Origin: Candidatus Kryptoniota bacterium
GTDB lineage: Bacteria; Bacteroidota; Ignavibacteria; Kryptoniales; JAKASW01
Reading direction: 5' to 3'
DNA length: 64,000 bases
Assembly (NCBI GenBank): GCA_046705025.1
Contig: JBJKQU010000049.1
Span: 17,073 to 81,072, forward strand
The notes under the pieces: model-generated
What the model was told of the DNA's origin: nothing
Seen by the model: only the letters and a program-made list of their open reading frames with translations
The model's database searches: none
Shown here: in pieces, positions 58,823 to 64,000 of the stretch
How positions within the stretch are numbered: the first letter of the stretch is position 1
How the letters are laid out: every line of letters begins with the position of its first letter
Made by a program: the position numbers and the translations under genes

Positions 58823-59138
58823 TAAGAGAAAATACGTGGGTCTCCCCCCGCTGCCGCCGGATTTCGCGGAGACGTATCCGCCTGTCGCGCTGGTCATTGA
58901 CGATTACTGCATCGGCTGCGACCGCTGCATACCGCTTTGCTTTTTCGACGCGCTGGTGATGATCGACAAGCCCGAGCACAGATACAAGCGAGTCGCCCTT
59001 GTAAATCCTGACAACTGCACGGGCTGCGGGCTTTGTTTTGAGGCTTGTCCGACCGACGCCTTTGTCTGGATTCCTGATCGCGCCGATGAGCGCAGGGCAT
59101 TGAAAGGAAAGAGTAACCTCGAAGACACCAATTTATGA
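58812..59138 (+). CDS. 2x[4Fe-4S] ferredoxin-domain protein
   Basis: 108 aa containing CIGCDRCIPLC and CTGCGLCFEACP. The start overlaps the upstream stop by 11 nt and the stop overlaps the next ATG (ATGA). Confidence 0.8.
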   Translation: MSGSKRKYVGLPPLPPDFAETYPPVALVIDDYCIGCDRCIPLCFFDALVMIDKPEHRYKRVALVNPDNCTGCGLCFEACPTDAFVWIPDRADERRALKGKSNLEDTNL

Positions 59139-59755
59139 AGATTGTAGACCTCACCCATCCGATTACGGACCAGATACCCGTGTATTTCCCCTGGCATCCG
59201 GGGACGTCGGTTGAGCAAACCGCCAACTACGCGGAGAACCAATGTGTCGTCCACAAGCTGAGCATAGGGACTCACACCGGAACTCACATGGACGCTCCTG
59301 TCCATATCTTCGAGGGGATGCGCGCGATCGACGAGTACGACCTGGACCTGCTCTATGCTGATGCCCAGGTGCTCGATTTCACGCCGCGCGGAGCCAGGGA
59401 AAGTATAAGCAGAGCTGAATTTCAACAGAAGGGAGTGAAAACGGGAGTCGGAGTGATAGTCAAGACCGGCTGGGATGTGCATTTCGGCAGCGAAGATTAC
59501 TACAAGACCTATCCTCCGATAGAAAAGGAGGCAGCCGAGTATCTGTTGCAGCAGAAAATCCCGTTCCTTGCGTCGGACACTCCCTACACTCTGGATGTAC
59601 ACAAGGTCCTGCTCAAACATGGTATACCTCTTATCACGAACTTGAACAACACTTCAGCACTCAGGCCGGGAATGGTGAAGCTCATTACCGCGCCGCTGCC
59701 CATAAAGGGAGCGGATGGATCTCCTTGCCGTGTCCTGGCCGTCATCCAAGATTAG
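59135..59755 (+). CDS. cyclase-family protein (kynurenine formamidase-like metal hydrolase)
   Basis: 206 aa with the signature HTGTHMDAPVH (HxGTHxDxPxH). Confidence 0.85.
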   Translation: MKIVDLTHPITDQIPVYFPWHPGTSVEQTANYAENQCVVHKLSIGTHTGTHMDAPVHIFEGMRAIDEYDLDLLYADAQVLDFTPRGARESISRAEFQQKGVKTGVGVIVKTGWDVHFGSEDYYKTYPPIEKEAAEYLLQQKIPFLASDTPYTLDVHKVLLKHGIPLITNLNNTSALRPGMVKLITAPLPIKGADGSPCRVLAVIQD

Positions 59756-59802
59756 TATCAATACCATTTCTCAAGAGAAGTAAGAAAAAACAGGAGTAAA
59801 AG

Positions 59803-61434
59803 ATGAAGCCCAGTAAATTACTGTTGAAGAGAGTCGTAATGTATTCTCTTCTAGCCTGTGCCGGCGTCATGTTCGCGCGCGGTCCGGCAATGGCGAAAGC
59901 CGAAGTCAAGACGATCCATTGTTCGGTCATGAGCGTGGCAGGCGACTGGAAGATCACCGGCGACCTCCCCAACGAGGCTCTGCTTATAAGTCTTCAGGGG
60001 TTAGTGAACCGGACGGCGCCCAGGCTGTATCTGCTTTACGGCAAAGACTACGACTACCACAACGTAGAGGCCCTTCTGGACTATTACCACAAGGACCACC
60101 ATGTGGACTATACCATGATAAAGACGATTCCGGATGCCCTTGTGAAATTCCGGAAGTTTGTGAAGGGCTACATAGTCTATGATCAGAAGATCAGAGACTC
60201 GATCGTGCTTTCATTTACGGCTGCCGGGATAATGGACGGCGTCGTAATAGCCCCATCACAGGTCCCGATGATGAAGAAGCTCGGGTTCAAGGAGCTTGCC
60301 GACTACAACGGCAAGTTTGAGGGTATGGACACGACCCAGATATATCAGTGGGCGTACGACCACTTCTGGACCAAGTGCTCGCACAAGGAGCTGATCTACC
60401 TTGGGGGTGTCGAGGGCCAGTATATGAAGCCCGCCATAGCAGACCTGGGTATTATGAACCGCGCATTCTTCTTCGATCTGTCCACTGACCCCCGCACGGG
60501 CGGCACTCAGTACCTGCTCGCCAAGAAGATCTACAGCGAGATGAAGCCGTTCTCCTTCATATTCGGCTGGCACTCTTACATGAAAGACACCGAGCATTCC
60601 TCCGTGACACTGGCCTCCCATTACGCTCTCCGCGTCGAGGGGCTGAACACGCTCCCGAACATGAGCTTCCATCACTGGATCGGGGTTACACCCGGATTCA
60701 AGTTCAAAGCGCATCACGCCGACCTGAAGCATCTGAAACTAGAGAAGAAGATTTATGTCTCTTTCATACAGAGCGACGGCCTCGGCATCGGAGCGTGGCT
60801 AGCACCCGGACGCGGCCAGATCCCCTATACATGGGAAGTGAACATGTACTGGTACCATTACGCGCCGGCAATCCTGCAGTACTACTATTCGCAGGCGACC
60901 CCGAACGACGAGTTCATCGGGACCCTCGGCGGACCGAGTTACATGTATCCCAAAGCGATACCGCCGGAATACCTTCCGACTGCCATCACAATGGCATCGA
61001 AGCTGATAAAGGACCTCGACATCAACATGTTCGAGATTTTCGATGCGTCCGACTCTCTGACAAGGGATCTGCCGAAACGGGTTGTGGACGCATATTTCAA
61101 GTACATGCCCAACGCCATCGGCTTCGTGAACGGTTACGGACCGGCCCATACTTTCGCGGTTCAGGACGGCAGACCGTTCATGTCCTTCGATTACTATCTC
61201 CCTCCGACGCGTACCGTGGCGGAAGCGGATGCGGACTTGAAGGAATTGGCTACGTTGAATCCCAAACGGCCTTACTTCCTGGTCTTCCATGTCCGTGAAT
61301 ATACCGATGTGAAAGGGATAATGGACATTATGAAACCCCTCGGCGCTGAGTTCAAGATTGTGCCTTTGGATGTGATGCTGAAGCTTGCGGGAGAGGACCC
61401 GACGTTCAAAACACAATATCAGTTCACTCGATAA
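59803..61434 (+). CDS. secreted GxGYxYP-family putative glycoside hydrolase
   Basis: 543 aa with a signal peptide and an AGGAG RBS. The block GTLGGPSYMYP resembles the family-naming GxGYxYP motif. Confidence 0.6.
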   Translation: MKPSKLLLKRVVMYSLLACAGVMFARGPAMAKAEVKTIHCSVMSVAGDWKITGDLPNEALLISLQGLVNRTAPRLYLLYGKDYDYHNVEALLDYYHKDHHVDYTMIKTIPDALVKFRKFVKGYIVYDQKIRDSIVLSFTAAGIMDGVVIAPSQVPMMKKLGFKELADYNGKFEGMDTTQIYQWAYDHFWTKCSHKELIYLGGVEGQYMKPAIADLGIMNRAFFFDLSTDPRTGGTQYLLAKKIYSEMKPFSFIFGWHSYMKDTEHSSVTLASHYALRVEGLNTLPNMSFHHWIGVTPGFKFKAHHADLKHLKLEKKIYVSFIQSDGLGIGAWLAPGRGQIPYTWEVNMYWYHYAPAILQYYYSQATPNDEFIGTLGGPSYMYPKAIPPEYLPTAITMASKLIKDLDINMFEIFDASDSLTRDLPKRVVDAYFKYMPNAIGFVNGYGPAHTFAVQDGRPFMSFDYYLPPTRTVAEADADLKELATLNPKRPYFLVFHVREYTDVKGIMDIMKPLGAEFKIVPLDVMLKLAGEDPTFKTQYQFTR

Positions 61435-61451
61435 ATCCTGAAGGTTTGAAA

Positions 61452-62015
61452 ATGAAAAAATATGTGATCCATATTTGGACAATTACGGCTGCTCTGATGC
61501 TGGGAACGTTGCTCCCGGCCTGCAGCAGCACGCCCCATGGCTTTGCAGGCACATGGAACTTCGACAAGTCGCAGAGCAAGGATGTCGGTGCGTTCTTCGA
61601 GTCTGGCGAGATGAGATACATGCTCAAAATAGTGCCCGAAGGGAAAAGCAAAATCGTGATCAAACACTATACGAGCACGGAAGCGGGCTGGAATTTGAAG
61701 GAGCTTCACCTGGATCTTAACGGCCCCGAGACTACTTCGACGTTTCCGAGAGGCGACCTCTACCGGTTCAGTTTCGAGGCCGTCGCAATCGGTCCGGACC
61801 AGACCATAACGGCAAAAGCGGTTCAGGGCAGCAACAAGAACGAGTTCGACGTTGCGCTGCATTACACCGTCCTCGTCTCTCAAGGTACCTACAATATCGT
61901 AGAGAAGGAGCATTACCAGCTCTCGCCGGACGGCAACACCCTTACGATTACCGAGACCAGAAATTCCAGACAGCTTGATGAGCCTGCGGTGTACGTTTTC
62001 CACAGGGCGAAGTAG
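61452..62015 (+). CDS. small lipoprotein, lipocalin-like beta protein (paralogue A)
   Basis: The track ORF starts at a TTG (61446). The ATG at 61452 gives MKKYVIHIWTITAALMLGTLLPAC (lipobox). It shares GTW, DLNGPET, EAVAIG, KAVQGS and H-Y-x-LSP-x-G-x-TLT-x-TETR with the next ORF. Confidence 0.65.
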   Translation: MKKYVIHIWTITAALMLGTLLPACSSTPHGFAGTWNFDKSQSKDVGAFFESGEMRYMLKIVPEGKSKIVIKHYTSTEAGWNLKELHLDLNGPETTSTFPRGDLYRFSFEAVAIGPDQTITAKAVQGSNKNEFDVALHYTVLVSQGTYNIVEKEHYQLSPDGNTLTITETRNSRQLDEPAVYVFHRAK

Positions 62016-62281
62016 AGCCGAAGCACCATACACGATTTTCACCCGTTAGCGCATTCTGGCGGGTGGACAAAGGACGCTCGTGTGGTCCGGCAAATCCTGA
62101 CTTCGGGAGATGCCGGGCCACCTACGAGCACGACGCCATACGGCAGAATAGGTCGGCAGCAGGAACGATTGGATGTGGACATGATCAGCAATTCAGAATT
62201 ACGGCCGGCTGGCTGCCGCAGATTGCACGATAGGATGTGAAGATTGAATCACGCCAACAATTCATCCGTTAAAACTCGAGG

Positions 62282-62836
62282 ATGCAAATGAAAGAGCGCA
62301 TTTCGTATCTCTTGATGTCGATTGTCTCCCTCTTCCTCATTGCGTTTTTGCCGAGCCCCGGTAGTGCCCAGGGATTTGTCGGAACCTGGAAACTGGACTT
62401 TTCGAAGAGCAAGCATGCGGACTTTTTCGACGGGTGGGCGATGGTCTTGAATATCGCCAGGCAGAGCAGTAATAAGCTGATGATAGAGCAGACAACCACG
62501 ACTGAGTACACCGTGTCAAAGGGAGTAACCAACGTCGATTTGAACGGCCCTGAAACGGCCTCGACCTGGCCGAAGGGAGATCTTCCAGTCTTCGGCTACG
62601 AGGCGGTTGCCATAGGAGATGACCAGCTAGTCAGAACGAAAGCGGTGCAGGGAAGCGACAAGTCGTCCTTCGACCTGACCAACCAACTTAAAGTTGTTGT
62701 GTCGCAAGGGACACAGGAAATTGTTCTGCATAGCCACTACGAGCTCTCGCCGAACGGGAAAACGCTCACCGTCACGGAAACGCGGGATACCAGGCCCGGA
62801 AGATCTGTTGTCTATATCTTTCACCGGGTTGATTGA
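62282..62836 (+). CDS. small secreted lipocalin-like beta protein (paralogue B)
   Basis: 184 aa with a signal peptide ending SAQG. It is collinear with paralogue A. Confidence 0.65.
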   Translation: MQMKERISYLLMSIVSLFLIAFLPSPGSAQGFVGTWKLDFSKSKHADFFDGWAMVLNIARQSSNKLMIEQTTTTEYTVSKGVTNVDLNGPETASTWPKGDLPVFGYEAVAIGDDQLVRTKAVQGSDKSSFDLTNQLKVVVSQGTQEIVLHSHYELSPNGKTLTVTETRDTRPGRSVVYIFHRVD

Positions 62837-62883
62837 GCGACGCGCGTTCTTAGATTAGAAACAGGACCGCAGTTTCAACTGAT

Positions 62884-64000
62884 ATGATCGATACGATCGA
62901 ACTTCTGAAGGAGCTTGTCACAATTCCAAGCATGAATCCCATGAGTAGCGACAGGTCAGGACCGGAGTACTCAGAAGGTGCACTGGCAGACTTTCTGGCG
63001 TCACTCCTTTCTAAGGATGGAATCGACGCCGAGACTTACGAAGTCGCCCCGGGTCGTAAGAATGTAATCGGCCTTGTGGACGTTGGAGCCGAGAAGACTC
63101 TCATGCTCGAGACCCATCTCGACACGGTACCGGCAGATAACATGAAAGTTGAGCCGTTCAATCCGGCTGTGGATGGTGACCGGCTTTCCGGAAGGGGAGC
63201 CTGCGATGCAAAGGCCTCCCTGGCAGTTTTTTTCAGCACGGTCATCAATATGACGGCGCGGAAGCAACCCATGAAATACAACGTCCTGCTTCTTGGGACA
63301 TGCGATGAAGAGCATGGCTTCACCGGGGCCCGGGCGGCGGTCGAACGCGGGCTCAAAGCCGACTTTGGGGTGATAGGCGAACCGACACGCCTGAGGGTCG
63401 TCCGAGCACACAAGGGCGTCGTGAGGTGGAGAATCAAAGCGACCGGAAAGGCAGCTCATTCGGCCTACCCTGAGCTCGGACAAAACGCGATTTACACGAT
63501 GGCGAAGGGAGTGAATCGAATCGCGACTTACGCATCCAGGCTGCGTCGGCAAACGCCGCATGAACTCCTCGGAGCGCCATCGCTGAGCGTCGGCCTCATA
63601 CAGGGAGGGCATACGGTGAATATTGTCCCAGACGCCTGCTCGATTGAAATAGACAGACGGATGCTCCCGGGAGAAACGAAAGAGTCGGCACTGGAGGCCG
63701 TCAAATCACTTCTCGCTGGCTTGCCGGGCCTGGAATTCGAGGAACCTTATCTAACCGCTCCCCCGGTCAACGTGCCTGCCGCATCTGAGGTAGTCAAAAT
63801 CCTTTCGTCCGCCGTGGAAGCAGTTACGGGGGAGGCGGTGGTCGAGGGGGCAAATTATGCTACCGATGCCGGCGTGTTCAATCAGGCTGGCTTGCCTTCC
63901 GTGGTGTTTGGGCCGGGAGACATAGCCGAGGCACACACCGCAAGTGAGTCGGTCGATCTCGCTCAGGTCAAGACCGCCGCGAAAATAGTCGAGAGGATCC
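62884..64000 (+). CDS. M20-family metallopeptidase (ArgE/DapE/acetylornithine deacetylase-like), 3'-truncated by the window edge
   Basis: This ORF is not in the supplied track because no stop lies within the window. My own translation from the ATG at 62884 stays open to position 64000. It reads MIDTIELLKELVTIPSMNP...LETHLDTVP...GRGACDAKAS...CDEEHGFTG...VIGEPT...HKGVVRWRIKATGKAAHSAYPELGQNAI...NIVPD...FGPGDIAEAHTASESV, which includes the classic M20 metal-binding blocks. Confidence 0.85.
   Translation, partial: MIDTIELLKELVTIPSMNPMSSDRSGPEYSEGALADFLASLLSKDGIDAETYEVAPGRKNVIGLVDVGAEKTLMLETHLDTVPADNMKVEPFNPAVDGDRLSGRGACDAKASLAVFFSTVINMTARKQPMKYNVLLLGTCDEEHGFTGARAAVERGLKADFGVIGEPTRLRVVRAHKGVVRWRIKATGKAAHSAYPELGQNAIYTMAKGVNRIATYASRLRRQTPHELLGAPSLSVGLIQGGHTVNIVPDACSIEIDRRMLPGETKESALEAVKSLLAGLPGLEFEEPYLTAPPVNVPAASEVVKILSSAVEAVTGEAVVEGANYATDAGVFNQAGLPSVVFGPGDIAEAHTASESVDLAQVKTAAKIVERI

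Overview
This 64-kb window looks like it comes from an FCB-superphylum bacterium (Bacteroidota/Ignavibacteriota-like). The evidence is a SusC/SusD pair, a T9SS C-terminal sorting domain, a PorV/PorQ-like porin and a UpxY-type NusG paralogue. The candidate promoters I can read are sigma70-like (TTGACA-N16/17-TAnnAT), not Bacteroides-type. I recognised no rRNA, tRNA, CRISPR array, IS element, integrase or classical HTH regulator. Layout: (i) 1-9.1 kb holds housekeeping genes (IscA-like, gap, two secreted hypotheticals, pgk, rhomboid, ispG, HIT, CPBP protease). (ii) 9.9-14.7 kb holds a SusC/SusD pair behind about 800 bp of non-coding DNA. (iii) 15-19 kb holds a Gly-rich lipoprotein (minus strand), an S10 carboxypeptidase and a CBM9-like protein. 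(iv) 19.1-62.8 kb is an uninterrupted same-strand array of about 43 kb. It opens with UpxY and a roughly 0.9-kb non-coding leader. It then carries an SDR, GH88, two tandem secreted lyase-like paralogues, Gfo/Idh/MocA, a TIM-barrel isomerase, a second TonB receptor with a T9SS protein and PorV-like porin, several six-hairpin glycosidase-like proteins (two with twin-arginine signals), an SSF symporter and a FAH/enolase/DPD-like/cyclase operon. (v) 62.9-64.0 kb holds a partial M20 peptidase gene that is absent from the supplied ORF track. The headline observation is a corrinoid-dependent methyl-transfer module inside the glycan island. It comprises a B12-binding MtaC-like protein translationally coupled to an MtaB-like methyltransferase, three URO-D/MtaA-family paralogues and a short MetE-like enzyme. 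I interpret it as a candidate anaerobic route for removing or salvaging methyl groups from methylated glycans or glycan-derived methanol. Function calls come from motif recognition by eye only; no database search was run.
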